The position numbers were made by a program, and so were the translations under genes. A stretch of 61,965 nt of DNA, the filler included, from Dugesia japonica (Eukaryota): assembly GCA_001938525.1 (NCBI GenBank). It is 6 parts of 6 records of this genome, joined end to end, with 100 filler letters (N's around TTAATTAATTAA, not from the genome) between each part and the next. Parts side by side here need not be neighbours in the genome. Positions count along the whole stretch, not along the records: positions 44,935 to 53,260 come from MQRL01648473.1; positions 53,361 to 61,965 come from MQRL01576753.1; 4 more parts are not named here. The stretch is one strand, 5' to 3'. The stretch's first letter is position 1. Each line of letters starts with the position of its first letter. This document shows positions 48,541-61,965 of this stretch, one piece after another. The notes beneath the pieces were generated by a model. That model worked only from the letters and a program-made list of their open reading frames with translations, did not search any database and had not been told where the DNA came from.

Positions 48541-48699
48541 TTCATTTTTATTAAATATGACATGTGCAACACGTATGCAATAAATTAACATTTTCAAAAT
48601 TTTCCATATTCTTTTTAAAATAAATGTTATCTATTTACATTTTATTCACTTTTTATTCATGTTTAAAGTTTAAATGTCGATACGTGAACTGAAGCATTT

Positions 48700-49940
48700 T
48701 ACGACACAAGTACTTTAGGTGATTTATAGGCAGTTTTTAATTTTAAGAAGATTGGTAAATATTTCGAGTTCAAATATTTCAAAATAGCGATGTTCTTTAA
48801 TTTCAAGTTTAAATGTCGAATACCTCAATACATATTTATCAAACGGTTTTGAAAACATGACAAGAGTATTTGTCATCTCATTATCATTCTTATTATATTA
48901 AGTTTGATAAATGTTGATAAAGAAATGGTGCCAAAGTTCATTTTAAAAATATGTTTTAAAAAATCCTTTGTAATTTCTTAAATGATTTTATCGTTAAGTA
49001 TACATTTCCCTATCCTAATCTTTTAAACAATGTATAGACAGTTTTTAATTCTTTACCAAGTTATACAAGAAAAAGGTTTAAAAATTCAAAATGGAGGCTT
49101 ATATACGCTTTCTTTGTTTAATAACTTTTTATGATTACGTCACTAGAACATGTTTTATACACCAAATTAATCATCGTGTAATTGCACATCCAGAGATATA
49201 AGATGCCATATCATTTTTCTCCCTGACTCTGTCTAATAAAAATAATATTGTCAATTTTCTACCAAAAGGAAGCATTTTAGGATACAAGTATATGGGACAT
49301 TCCTATCATACTTTTTAATTCTACATCTAACCATGAATTTTCATCCAAATTAGGTGATGTATAGGCAGTTTTTAATTTTAGGAAGATTGGTAAGTTTTTC
49401 GAGTCCATAACTTTCAAAATGGCGGTGTTCTTTAATTTAAATATTTAATTTTATCCACCAAATATTTTACTTTTTATCCACCCAACCGACTAAAATTTGA
49501 AATGCATAGCGTGGCTTCACTTTGCACGTTTACTGATATCAAATTTGTTTTTATAGGATGAAAATTACGCACAGGAAAATCAAAAAAACGTGGAAAATAT
49601 TTTAAAATTTATTACGTAATCAAGTTAATTATTACTTATTCCGATTATGTGACCTAGAATAACTAAATTTTCAAACATCATTTTAACATGGAAGGATAAA
49701 TTTTCGGATAAGAGTTCATTAGACATTCTTATCTTACTTTATTTTTCTCTACCTATGCTGAAAGTTTCGTCGCGATCGGTAATCATCACTTCCCTTGGGG
49801 ATGTGAAGAGTGGTTTCATGCTGACATACCTTTTGTGGCAAATTTAAAAATTTTACGACACAAGTACTTTAGGTGATGTATAGGTAGTTTTTTATTTTAA
49901 GAAGATTGTCATAAATTTCAAGTCAATTTCTTTCAAATTT
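48700..49940. repeat. Three diverged copies of a ~60-100 bp segment (48700, 49350, 49855)
   Basis: TTAGGTGAT(G/T)TATAGG(C/T)AGTTTTT(A/T)ATTTTA(A/G)GAAGATTG recurs. Confidence 0.7.
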
Positions 49941-50928
49941 TTTAATCTTTTTTAATTTTTTAAATTTTTAAATAATTTTAATCTGTAATAACATTTTAAG
50001 AGTCAACCGGAGTAAAGTTTGAAATGCATAACATTGTGCGGCTTTGTAATGCGCGTCTATTAATATCAAACTTCTGACTGGCCGATAAGAATTGTAGACA
50101 ATACGAACAAAAAACTGTGCTAACGTAATCGATCATGTAATCAAAATAATTAATTTTTTATATGCGTTTTTAATGGGGAAGGAATTATTTTACTATACAT
50201 GTTCATTACACATTTCTATTTTACTTTTGATTTCTCTATCCGAGGATGCTACTCATTACCTTTAATGATTTAGGCAAAAAAAATCAATAACCTTGGAAAA
50301 AAAAAATTTAATAAAGAAAAAAAATTTTAAAAAAAATATATATAAAAATAAAAAAATAAGATTTTTAAAATAAAATTTTTAAAAAAAATAACAATTTTTA
50401 AAGTCTTTCTACGTGAATCAACGATTCTAGTTTTCATTTTATTCGGAAAATTGATAGTTTTTTCTTTTTATTATTACTGAGACATTTTATATTAATACTA
50501 AGATGCTTTGAAGATTCGGTCAAATTTCCACTACTCTCTGCAATTGTAACAAGCTATTTTAGATTATCCATTATTTTTATATAAAATTATAGAATTAATA
50601 CGTTACGGAAGATTGTTTATTATTTTAATAAAATTCTATTTAAACTTATAAATATAATTTCTACAGAATAATACCTTAGAACAATAATTCATTATTTCTA
50701 ATGGATTCATTTTTTTGTTAATTACTACTTGTATTATGAAATGAATAATTTAATTTACTTGATCTCTCTTAACGGTCTTCTCTACTACAATCAGTTGAAA
50801 TGTTTCCTTTATATTCGCCAATTCAATTTCGACATTAATATAACCTACAAGTTCAAGCAACCTATGTTGGCATATCATAAATTATCTTCGCATTTTAGCA
50901 TATCAATTTTTTTTAATAATTTATAAAT

Positions 50929-51174
50929 CTACAAATACATCATATTAAATCTTTCTCCTGTGTTTAACAAACATTCAACTTTTATTTCTAGATTCTCTAC
51001 AATTACACTTGATATAATTCGCGTCCTATCGCAAATTGTCATTTGCTGCTTTATTACTTCTGTTGAGCTTCTGTTGACCACTTCTATCCTGAATGATTTT
51101 CTGTTTTCTCTGTTTGATTTCTCTTTCCCGGGGATGATACCTAGAAGCCACAGAAATTTGTGATTTATTCTCAT
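50929..51174 (-). mobile_element. LTR-retrotransposon aspartic protease remnant
   Basis: VECLLNTGERFNMM resembles LLDTGA with the catalytic Asp changed to Asn. Confidence 0.5.
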
Positions 51175-51842
51175 ACATCACGATTCCCTCATTCTCGAAT
51201 CCAGTGGAACTATGCTGTATCTCGTCTTATGTTTCCTTTTCCAATTTTATTCAGCCCTATTATTATTGTATATTGGTTGGTTACTGGAGATGAAATTTGA
51301 AACAACTTTTACCCAAAAATTTTATTTTATAGATAATCACATCCCTCATCCATATCAATTATGTCTCTATGTTTTTCTTTGAATTCCTTTTAAATATTGT
51401 ATGTATGTATCTTAGCAAGTATAAAAGCGGTAGTTTTCGTAAAATCTTATTTTATAATTCAAAATTATTCTCAACAAGAATTATTTAGAAAAAGAAATTA
51501 AGAAATTTTCAGATTCAATTAACAGCGGATTCATTGAAGAAATTCAAATCCTAACCGAACTTGATAATGGTCCAATGAGTAAACATGACTATGTTGAACT
51601 TATTGTCCGNNNNNNNNNNNNNNNNNNNNNNNNNNNNNNNNNNNNNNNNNNNNNNNNNNNNNNNNNNNNNNNNNNNNNNNNNNNNNNNNNNNNNNNNNNN
51701 NNNNNNNNNNNNNNNNNNNNNNNNNNNNNNNNNNNNNNNNNNNNNNNNNNNNNNNNNNNNNNNNNNNNNNNNNNNNNNNNNNNNNNNNNNNNNNNNNNNN
51801 NNTTTAAAAAAAAAGATTTTTTAAAAAAAAGTCATTAAAAAC

Positions 51843-52072
51843 ATGATCTAGAAAATTTTTTACCCCAGGGAGGAGATTAGTCACCCTGATCTAGAAAATC
51901 GATGAGTCATGATCTAGAAAAACGATGACTCATTGTCTTTGTTCTAGTCAGTGATGAGTCATCATTATGAGTTATCGCCTTTGTTTTTAATCATTGATGA
52001 GTCATCCGTTGAGTCATTGTCTATGTTATAAAAGTTCTTTGTCTAGGGAGTTGATCTAGTGCGCTACTATCT
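51843..52072. promoter_or_regulatory. Cluster of AP-1-type TGA(G/C)TCA sites and GATCTAG repeats; candidate Polinton terminus
   Basis: Five perfect TGASTCA between 51903 and 52016; block ends ...CTACTATCT (5'-AGATAGTAG on the minus strand). Confidence 0.5.
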
Positions 52073-53360
52073 ACCTACTATCCATTTTTACTTTTTCATC
52101 ATCGGGTTTAATTCCATCAGATAGCAGATATTTATCTGTTAGAACAATATTAAAATGAAATGGTTTAAATTGTTCAAGAAATCCATAATCATCACTTTTA
52201 TTATCATTACTTTTAGTATCACCACTTTGTAACCCTTTCTCTAAACCACTTTTTAAACCACTTTTCACATTCTTAATTGTTACAATTGTAGGTTTCTGTT
52301 TAAAGGTTTCATCTTCAATAAAAAGATTAAAATCCGATTGTTGAGATACTAGTAAATTATTTAATTTGATCTCTTAATATTTTAATTCTAGCACTAATCC
52401 AATCATCTGGATCATATTCTATGTTAAGCTTATCATCCATCATTTTTTAAATAGAAGGATTATAAAATGGTCTTAAATATATTCCATCACCTTAGGAAAT
52501 AGTCTCAACACCTTGTTTAAAATTTTTGTTATATTCTTGGTTATGGGAAGATCTTTATCTAGAATACTATTGTAGCAATCATGAATAATAAAATATTAAA
52601 TAATTAGTGATTATAAAACAAAGTATTAAAATAGCTGCATATCTGGCAGGCTCTAAACAAAGGCTCAATAATACATATCAGTAACTAGTAGTTAAATTAT
52701 GTTAATAGTGTAAAGTTGTATTTTAATGTATANNNNNNNNNNNNNNNNNNNNNNNNNNNNNNNNNNNNNNNNNNNNNNNNNNCACAATGAAATTAAAGCA
52801 ATAATGCTGGTTAGTATTCATCGAACAATTTAGTAAAGCTGTTTTCAATATATTATATTAAGGGAATGCAAAAGTTTCTATTGTTTTAAGAGGAAGTTAT
52901 TTGTTAATATTGTAGCAATCATTAATAATTAAATATTAAATAAAACATAGTATTAAAATAGCTACACATCTGGCAGGCCCTAAACAAAGGCTCAATAATA
53001 CATATCAGTAATTAGTAGTGAAATTATGTTAATTGTGTAAAGTTGTATTTTAATGTATAAAGTGAATATAATTTTTGAAACTTTAAAATCTATGAATGAA
53101 TATTTGATTATCCCGAGTGATTATGTAAATTATAAAATTTTGTAATAACAAAATATTTATTTGAATTTGAAAAGCGACAAAACATATTATGTTATTTAAT
53201 GATAGCGATAGACGAAAATAGACCCGTAAAATAAAAGCACAGATCATTTCAAATGGTGAGNNNNNNNNNNNNNNNNNNNNNNNNNNNNNNNNNNNNNNNN
53301 NNNNTTAATTAATTAANNNNNNNNNNNNNNNNNNNNNNNNNNNNNNNNNNNNNNNNNNNN

Positions 53361-53416
<56 letters not shown>

Positions 53417-53431
53417 AAATAATAATAATAA
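53361..53431. repeat. (AAT)n microsatellite
   Basis: Seen directly. Confidence 0.95.
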
Positions 53432-54476
53432 TATATAATTCATAAATTCTAATTATAAAAATCCATCAGTAGTAATTTTTCTTATTATTATTTATCAAAT
53501 TGCAGTAAAAAAATATTTGTTAAGAAGGAATTTGAATATAGTTTAGAAAAATCAAAATTCCCCTGAAAACGAGTATCCAAATGTTATTATTTTATTTATT
53601 TTATAATAATCATATTGTTTTCATGTTTTGTTAATGTTTATTAATACAATTATCGATAACACATATATCAATAGTAACTATCAAATACACAATATATATT
53701 CCAGTGACTCTTGTTTATTGTAAAATGTTTACAGTAATAGACATGATTCATCATATATTGACTCAGTTATGTAATCATGTAGTATCATTATTAGCTCCAA
53801 TTTACACAATATGCTTACCGAATGTTTTCGTTGAATTAGCGTTTATTTCAAATAAATCAACTTAATTTTCATAATTAAATTTTGAAAATATTTTAAACAT
53901 ATTTCAAATACTTATTTTTCTAATCTAATAATCAGTAATCATTTTTATTTTGTTTAAACAGAGTAATAAGTAAAATAAAACATCTCACTTATCCAATTAA
54001 TTTCATATTTATGTAATTTTTCAGTTTAAAATAATGTTCGTTTNNNNNNNNNNNNNNNNNNNNNNNNNNNNNNNNNNNNNNNNNNNNNNNNNNNNNNNNN
54101 NNNNNNNNNNNNNNNNNNNNNNNNNNNNNNNNNNNNNNNNNNNNNNNNNNNNNNNNNNNNNNNNNNNNNNNNNNNNNNNNNNNNNNNNNNNNNNNNNNNN
54201 NNNNNNNNNNNNNNNNNNNNNNNNNNNNNNNNNNNNNNNNNNNNNNNNNNNNNNNNNNNNNNNNNNNNNNNNNNNNNNNNNNNNNNNNNNNNNNNNNNNN
54301 NNNNNNNNNNNNNNNNNNNNNNNNNNNNNNNNNNNNNNNNNNNNNNNNNNNNNNNNNNNNNNNNNNNNNNNNNNNNNNNNNNNNNNNTACTTTGTTAAAT
54401 AGATATTGTTAGAAGTCTGTTTCATAACCATAATATTTATTAATATGACAATCTAAAAAGAAGAATAAATATATAT

Positions 54477-55599
54477 GTAATTGGGATTTGAGCAATCAAC
54501 ATACCTCAATCTGCAAACAAACATTGACCTGTCATGCAACATACAAAATATTTGAACTCATTGTCAAATAATAATTATGCAACATACAGTTGTAATAATC
54601 ATTTATAATAAATATAAAATATCCTCACATCCCCCTCTCTTTAAAAGCTCTAAACCACTCTACATTTCTGATAACTATTTTACCATTTTCAAATTTTATG
54701 TGATAACTCCTAACATGTCTCTTTTTAATTATTATTTCTGGGCCTCCGTACCTATCTTTATCTTTATTAGCAGATATATTTTTTACTCCAAAATTTAAAA
54801 ATGTCTTTTCGTAATTCTATACATGCTATGACTATTTTCATCTTGATCAATGAGATTTTTTATTCTATTTCCATGTTTCTCTTCTAAAGTTTCATGAATA
54901 TTCCATTTTTGTGAAATTTTCTTTCCAAAAAGAATTTCCGATGGGCTCAATTTTAATGTACTTTGATATGCAGAATTTATCATAAATCCTACTTCTGGGA
55001 TTATATCTGCCCAATCTTTATTCGTTTTATCTTGTAATGTTGTATGGATTGCATCTCTTATAGTTCGAAGTTGTCTTTCAATTTGTGCATTACTAGAATG
55101 ATGATACGGACTTGAGAATTTTAACTCTATTCCATGTTTTTCTGTCAATTCTCTAATCAAATTTTATTCAAACGATTTTCCTATATCACAAGTAATAATT
55201 TTAGGTGCCCCGAATTTCANNNNNNNNNNNNNNNNNNNNNNNNNNNNNNNNNNNNNNNNNNNNNNNNNNNNNNNNNNNNNNNNNNNNNNNNNNNNNNNNN
55301 NNNNNNNNNNNNNNNNNNNNNNNNNNNNNNNNNNNNNNNNNNAACGGTCCACAGAAATCAATATGTATAATTTCAAATATATCTGTAGGTAACGTTTTAA
55401 TTATGTCTTCTTTTGTATTTGAAGTTACTGTGTTTTTCTTTTGTGACATTTTTCACAGCTTTTTACAGTCTCATATATTATATCAGTTTTATTTTCCATA
55501 TCAAATTGTCTCGAAATATATTCAAGAACTCATAGTCAAATATTAATTATGCAACATGCAGTTTTAATAATCATTTATAATAAATATCAAATATCCTCA
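54477..55599 (-). mobile_element. Gypsy 3' end: integrase fragment, polypurine tract and LTR start; second LTR piece at 55545-55599
   Basis: FEIIHIDFCGP, FGAPKIITCDIG, SSPYHHSSNAQIER; PPT AAGAGAGGGGGA followed by TGTGAGGATA at 54629; the same LTR start recurs at 55599. Confidence 0.85.
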
Positions 55600-56230
55600 C
55601 AGATATGTTAAATTAATCTATTGAATTCTAGCAGGTTCCATTAGTATACAATCAATTGTCTCCAAAATCATAACATTTTAATTATTATTTTTTATTTATT
55701 ATTATAAATGATAAAGTTGTTAAAAAAAATAAACAAATAAGAAGTTTTCTTTTTAAATCAATATTTTAAATTAATTAATTTCTATAATTCCATTTTATTA
55801 AACATATTTTATTAGGATTTCATTGAAAGGAATAACTTCGATCAAAATGTTGTTTTGTAGAGATATATTGAACCTTGCTCATATATTTGAATATCTACAA
55901 AACAACAATTTGTTCTAAGCTATTATTTTAATTAAATCTCAAATATAATCAATGGTAAAGTCAACTAATTATTCTCTAAATAATTGTAATTGTAAAAGAT
56001 TTTAATTATATGGAGAATATCATTATGTTGGAAAAAAATTTTCCCGCAATTTTTATTTTCATCTTTATAAGTCTACGAACAAACCGCTTATAACTGTAAA
56101 AATATTCATATATAAAAAATTAGTATCAGTCATGATTCCGTTCATTTTATCATTTTTTTTACATCTATTTGAGAAATTGTAATGATGGGATAAAGAATCA
56201 TGACTACAATTGTCATTAGCGAATATCGAA

Positions 56231-56571
56231 AACAAATATCAATAACAAATATCAATAACAAATATCAATAACAAATATCAATAANNNNNNNNNNNNNNNN
56301 NNNNNNNNNNNNNNNNNNNNNNNNNNNNNNNNNNAAATATCAATAATAAATATCAATAACAAATATCAATAACAAATATCAATAACAAATATCAATAATA
56401 AATATCAATAACAAATATCAATAACAAATATCAATAACAAATATCAATAACAAATATCAATAACAAATATCAATAACAAATATCAATAACAAATATCAAT
56501 AACAAATATCAATAACAAATATCAATAACAAATATCAATAATAAATATCAATAATAAATATCAATAACAAA
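56231..56571. repeat. 13-bp tandem repeat AACAAATATCAAT
   Basis: Seen directly; more than 20 copies spanning a gap. Confidence 0.95.
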
Positions 56572-58569
56572 TAATAATGATTTTTATCAATAGTATTTAT
56601 CAATAACAAATATCAATAAAAATTTCTAAATTACAATTGCTTTGAAATGTTTTTTGTACTATTAGTTTGTAACATAAATATTATTGTTTTAAAAGTATAT
56701 TAGCTAATTCATTTAAATTATTACAAAGTATAATTTTGTGTTATTTAATAATGATACATATTCATAATTCCAGTAAAATTTATTTCTGTTTATTATTTTC
56801 TATTATTGAATTAAAAATAATAATTGTAATAATCGTTGTTTAATCATTATTAAACAATTACATGTTTAGCGGTTGGAGGCATAACGTCAAAATAATTATT
56901 AATAACGTCATTCATTTTCTTTGCAATACAGGTCGAGAAGTTGGGAAGATAACCCGGTTTAAAATCTATGCCATGAAATGGAAAGTTTTGCAACATAAAT
57001 AATTTATAGGATCCTGGCCGTCTAATTGCCATTTGTTTATATCATTACAAAATGCAATGAAAGATAAGCATTAAACAAGAAACTCTAAAGTGATCTTATT
57101 GATTTATTTGAGTCAAAAATGGTTAATACAAAATGATACAAGTAAACAATATAAGTAGATAAGAATCATTAAGTTCTTTCTTCAAAGATAATTTATTATA
57201 TAATCAAAATATAAAACCAATCTGTTAAAAACAAAATTACTTAAAAAGTTTACAATTCTCAAAGAAATATATCATTTAAAGTCCAGTATCAAATTATTTT
57301 TCTGCAAATTGGTTTTGAATAAAACTGGATCAAATTATGACTGATTCAAATCTATTATTATCAGACTATATTGTTAAAATATCAATTAACAATCATTGCC
57401 GCAGGTTTTCAATAGCGATTTCCGATGTGATAAATTGATATCATGACACAACACATATTACCACCCAATCCNCAAAAAAGGAGGAATTAATCCGCATTGA
57501 TGTATAGATATTATTATCTTAATATACTTGAAAAATTCTCTTCATAGACAAGCATCGACAAAGAATACATTAATTTTCATAATTTCAATTTTATTTCCAA
57601 TACAAATGGATATTATTCTAATCCGTATATATANNNNNNNNNNNNNNNNNNNNNNNNNNNNNNNNNNNNNNNNNNNNNNNNNNAACACATATTACCACCC
57701 AATCCCCAAAAAAGGAGGAATTAATCCGCATTGATGTATAGATATTATTATCTTAATGTACTTGCAAAATTCTCTTCATAGACAAGCATCGACAAAGAAT
57801 ACATTGATTTTCATAATTTCAATTTTATTTCCAATACAAATGGATATTATTCTAATCCGTATATATATATATATCCGAATATATATATATATATATTCCC
57901 GGAAACTGTCACCATACTAGCAATCTGAATAATTACACAATTTTTCTGGAAATTATTAGATATAATTTATTGTATCACTTATAAGCATTAGTAATAACAT
58001 TAAACTTGTAAATGTCATGGTTCATTGGTTATTGTAATTCATTCATCCTAAACGCATGTATAATAATGAGTATGTATATGTACATTATAATAAATTAAAC
58101 ATGTGTATATTTAATATTTTATAAATAATCTTCAAAGAATAAATAACGAAATGCGATTAATTTGATGAGAAAATTTATTGATACAATTTTTTTTACTGAG
58201 ATTATTTAAAATTTACGAGGAAACAATGAAAGACATTTTTATTTTTATTATTAATTTTCAATTTGTCTTTAGTAATTAAAAAATATTTGATACATGAAAT
58301 TGAGAAAAATTTGTGGAGTTAAACTGATTTTTACTGAGGGAAAATACTACAATTTCAAATTTTTGTCGTTTCGTTTTGGTTTTTATTTTCAGTGAAAAAT
58401 AAATAGTTATTAATGTTAGAAATTTATATAATTTACAATGAAAATAAATAACAATTTATAAAATTAATTAATTACAAGTTTATTTAAAATTTAATTAATA
58501 GTTAAATTGTACGTAATTCAAGATATTCATACTAAATATAGTTATCAAAATGTTGAATTAAAAAAGATA

Positions 58570-59430
58570 ACGATTTCGAATCTATGAAATTGGAGATTGA
58601 TTTTTGGACATCATCAAACTTTCTGAACTGCGAATCAGCCAAGTGATGCTGAAGGGACCGAAATAATTAATAATCTGATGGTGACATATCATAGGAGTAA
58701 GCCCCATGAGGAAAAACTTCGCAACCCAAAGAGGAAAACTGGTGCACGTATGTGGTTTGGTATTGTAATGCAGAATAATAACAGGCCTCTTTCCAAGGTC
58801 ATTAAATGGTCTATTTACTTCAGGCGCTTCGTTCAGGTGACTCAATTGGCTTATGTACTTTTTAGATGTGACTGTTTCACCTGGTTTCAGAAACTCATAG
58901 TAGACCACTCTCAAGTAGTCCCACCAAATGCACAGCAAAATTTTGGCTGCGTCGATATTTCGCTTCACAATAGCCAAAGATGGTTTACCGGGAAGAACCC
59001 AGGATTTGTTTCGTGTGAGGTTATCGTAATATTTCCATTTTTCATCCCCCGTAACTATCTTGTGCAAAAAGGTCTTCTTCTTAAATCTGGTTAAGAGGGA
59101 TATTGCAGTTTTGTATCGCCTTTACATGTTCTCTAGAGTAAGATGATAAGGCACCCACCTGCAAGCCTATTAAATCCTTATTAGCTATTTTAGTCGAAGG
59201 GATATCGCCTGCTGAGTAATTTCGAGTTGTATAGCGAGCTCTGCTTGCGTCCTACATGGATTTTCACTCAACAAATTCTCATCAACAATTTTATTTGATT
59301 GACCAGAACGTTCGACATCTAATAAATCAAACCATTTTTTGATGTTTTATTTTTTGAGGTTGGATTGTCACTTTGGAGCCATTTACTAAATAGGCACCTT
59401 TTCACCTTGTAGACCTAATACATGATAAAT
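58570..59430 (-). mobile_element. Degenerate mariner (Mos1-like) transposase
   Basis: RWVPY, IVTGDEKW.YYDN, LLCIWWD, YEFLKPGETV, IILHYNTKPH. Confidence 0.9.
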
Positions 59431-59919
59431 GATGTTCACAAATTAATTCAACAAAAAAATCAAATAGAATTCATTATTTCGTAAAATGAGTAATGACGAT
59501 AACAAATGAAAAAAATAATTTTAAATCAACGTGCATGTTTTAAATATAACAAACCAAATTAAATCGATGCTATTTGGAATTCAACATTGGTTTTCATTTA
59601 TTTATTTGAACCAGGAAATAACACGTTCTCTTCAAGACAATACTACCTCAATTATTTGTAATTATTTCTCAAAGATCTGGTAGTTTTTCAATACTATGGA
59701 TGAAGAAATCCTTTGATTTGTAAGTACATAAACTATCAAACTAATTGTGAAGCGCAAAATCGTCATTTAAATAGATTTCATGAATAATGTTAGCTAGATA
59801 TTGACAGTGATGAAAATCTGACGAAGTGAGATCTGAGAGTAAAGATAATGTGAAATGAACTCCCAACCAAAATACTGAATAGCTTTTCTAATGTAAGCAC
59901 AAAGTTATTATGCTGCTAA

Positions 59920-60666
59920 AGAACGTTTTGATTTGTTTGCGCGTTTTTTCTTTAATTTCGGCTTCAGGACGGCGGAGTTGTTGACAGTAAAAGCTGACAG
60001 TGATGGTTATATTTCTTGGAAGAAATTCATCTCACCAAATTTACGTGTACGTATAGTAAATTTCACTCGATAAGTTGCTCTGTTGGAAGGACTAAGCCAT
60101 TCTTTTCTCTTTTTCTCATTAGATAAAGTGAATTGATATTGTTAAGGAGCTAAGCAATAACAAGTTAGCAATAACTCGCAAATCTTTATTTGTATTGATT
60201 TTTGTTAAAACATGTAGCATATAGATACTAATCTTTTGAAAGTTTCTCATAGATTAAAATATCATACTAAAGGCGATTGTCAATTAAGACGTTTATATAA
60301 TCATCATCAAAGTTTAATTTTTTCCAGCACGTTGAACATAGTTTATGTCAAAATAGCGTTCTTTGAAAGCGTGAAACCATTTTCGTGATGTACTTTCCAC
60401 AATTACATTCTTTCCATAAACACTACTAATTATTCTAGCGACATCTGATATATTAACTGCTTTGTTGAATTCAAATAATATTATAAGACGGAAAGGAACT
60501 TATTTTTCTATTTGATACTCCACTTTCTTTTCAAATAATTATATTGGAATTTTTGACAAATTCAAAATTTCTAAAATAACTCATTCGGTGTTATGCCTAA
60601 CAATATTTTATTTTAAATCATTATTGCTTTAAAAAAATGCAACAGACTTATGCAGCGACTTAATAT
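59920..60666 (-). mobile_element. Second degenerate mariner, 5' part with TIR-like end
   Basis: ILFEFNK...ISSVYGKNVIVESTSRKWF; end TATTAAGTCGCTGCATAAGT. Confidence 0.65.
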
Positions 60667-61049
60667 AATATTTATTGATGTAAAATTTCAAAATAGATCA
60701 ATATGAAATAAATATAAAAGTGAATCATGAATCCAAAAGAATTAAGATTTTATAAATGAGCTGAAAATTGTTAGATACCAGTTTAATACTTACTGAATCC
60801 CATAAAAAGTGGATTTAATAAATTTAAATTTAATTCAATAAAATTGTTTTATTTTTAATTGGCATTTGTTTTAATAAAATATTTTGTTTAAATCTTTATG
60901 AAAACTTTTGAATTTTAAAAGTCAATAGGAATACCAAACATTATTGCTTCTATTACATTATAAAAGATTTTTAGACAAAATACTAAAGGTTGAATCTGAA
61001 TAAAGTTCTGTCAAAGAATTATGTTAAGCTTTTGAAGTAAATAAAAATT

Positions 61050-61250
61050 ATGCCAGAAAATTGTGGGACATGTTTTTTTTTGAATGTGGCACATTGTTGA
61101 ATACCATCCGTAAGCTACGCAATTGTAGTTTCTCCGATATTTCAGAAGCTATTGAAATCCCATAGAGCAGCATGCAAAGAATTGTTGTAGATGAATAATC
61201 ATATTTGCACAAGTGAAAATGTGCCCACTCATGATGATCAGAAGAAACAA
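61050..61250 (+). mobile_element. Mariner HTH remnant
   Basis: ISEAIEIP*SSMQRIVVDE resembles the second HTH region of mariner transposases. Confidence 0.4.
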
Positions 61251-61896
61251 TAACAGTGGCTGTCAATGTTACTCATAAATCGTTAATATTAACATTTTAA
61301 TACAAATTGTCTTTTTTTAATATCCACGNNNNNNNNNNNNNNNNNNNNNNNNNNNNNNNNNNNNNNNNNNNNNNNNNNNNNNNNNNNNNNNNNNNNNNNN
61401 NNNNNNNNNNNNNNNNNNNNAATGCCTATTGGTTTCTGGTAATTATACTGCAGATATATTGTATGTACAGATGCTAGGTTGGAAAGATTTGTTTAAAAAT
61501 CTTTAAAATAAACGAGTAAATTTAATTGGAAATATTCAAAAAATTGATTTAGTGATATTTTTTTCAAAATAAAGTTCATATGTTAAATAAAAAAAATGAC
61601 ATTTGTTTTAATTGTCTTTTATCAATTTAACGTCATGAAAATAAAGTGAATTAAATTTTTAAAATTTACCAGAAATTTTTTCAAATTAAAAACTTATTTA
61701 TTTTTCATTATTTATTTATTTGATTTTCAAAAATGTTTTTATGAAAATTTTAAAATTTTATGTATTTAAATAAATTACGTTAAATATTAGTCATATAGTT
61801 ATACTTTTATTAATGAATTAAATGAAATTCGATAAAATAGGCGTGGTCAATTATTATTGGATTAATACTAAACTGATCAATCTGTATGCGTATATT

Positions 61897-61965
61897 ATAT
61901 AAATATAAATATAAATATAAATATAAATATAAATATAAATATAAATATAAATATAAATATAAATA
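61897..61965. repeat. (AAATAT)n microsatellite
   Basis: Seen directly. Confidence 0.95.

Noticed and set aside
52565-53060. Duplications flanking N gaps (also 9015-9165, 13141-13255, 57445-57870)
   Set aside because: Near-identical sequence on both sides of a gap is typical of unmerged contig or haplotype overlaps.
35319-54431. ORFs consisting mostly of X
   Set aside because: Artefacts of N runs.

Overview
AT-rich animal genomic DNA with ~50-bp introns, many N gaps and five artificial N44-TTAATTAATTAA-N44 scaffold linkers. A planarian/flatworm-like host is my inference, not proven. Host genes: a complete 4-exon EMC3 gene (753-1826, +) and the last exon of an ADPRM-like metallophosphoesterase (6174-6460, -). 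Most of the rest is mobile-element debris (hAT, mariner, Gypsy, MITEs, minisatellites). A partly intact Polinton/Maverick (adintovirus-like) core lies on the minus strand at ~27.1-35.3 kb: hexon N-terminus, penton, adenain, two orphan ORFs and a 1251-aa pPolB. The most unusual signal is a cassette repeated in four diverged copies on the minus strand (3.2-4.8, 13.6-15.7, 21.1-23.1, 24.5-25.6 kb). Each copy holds up to four small orphan ORFs (D-C-A-B), each bracketed by a 3' splice acceptor and generally an AATAAA, with ~100-150 bp between units. ORFs A and B have no start codon of their own and begin YAG|TG in 8 of 8 cases, suggesting a start codon assembled by splicing. ORF D carries an E1A-CR2/LxCxE-like motif. 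Every copy ends in a ~185-nt non-coding element whose stems covary between copies and which has a predicted long-range pseudoknot, i.e. a candidate new structured RNA. All alignments and folds were done by eye.
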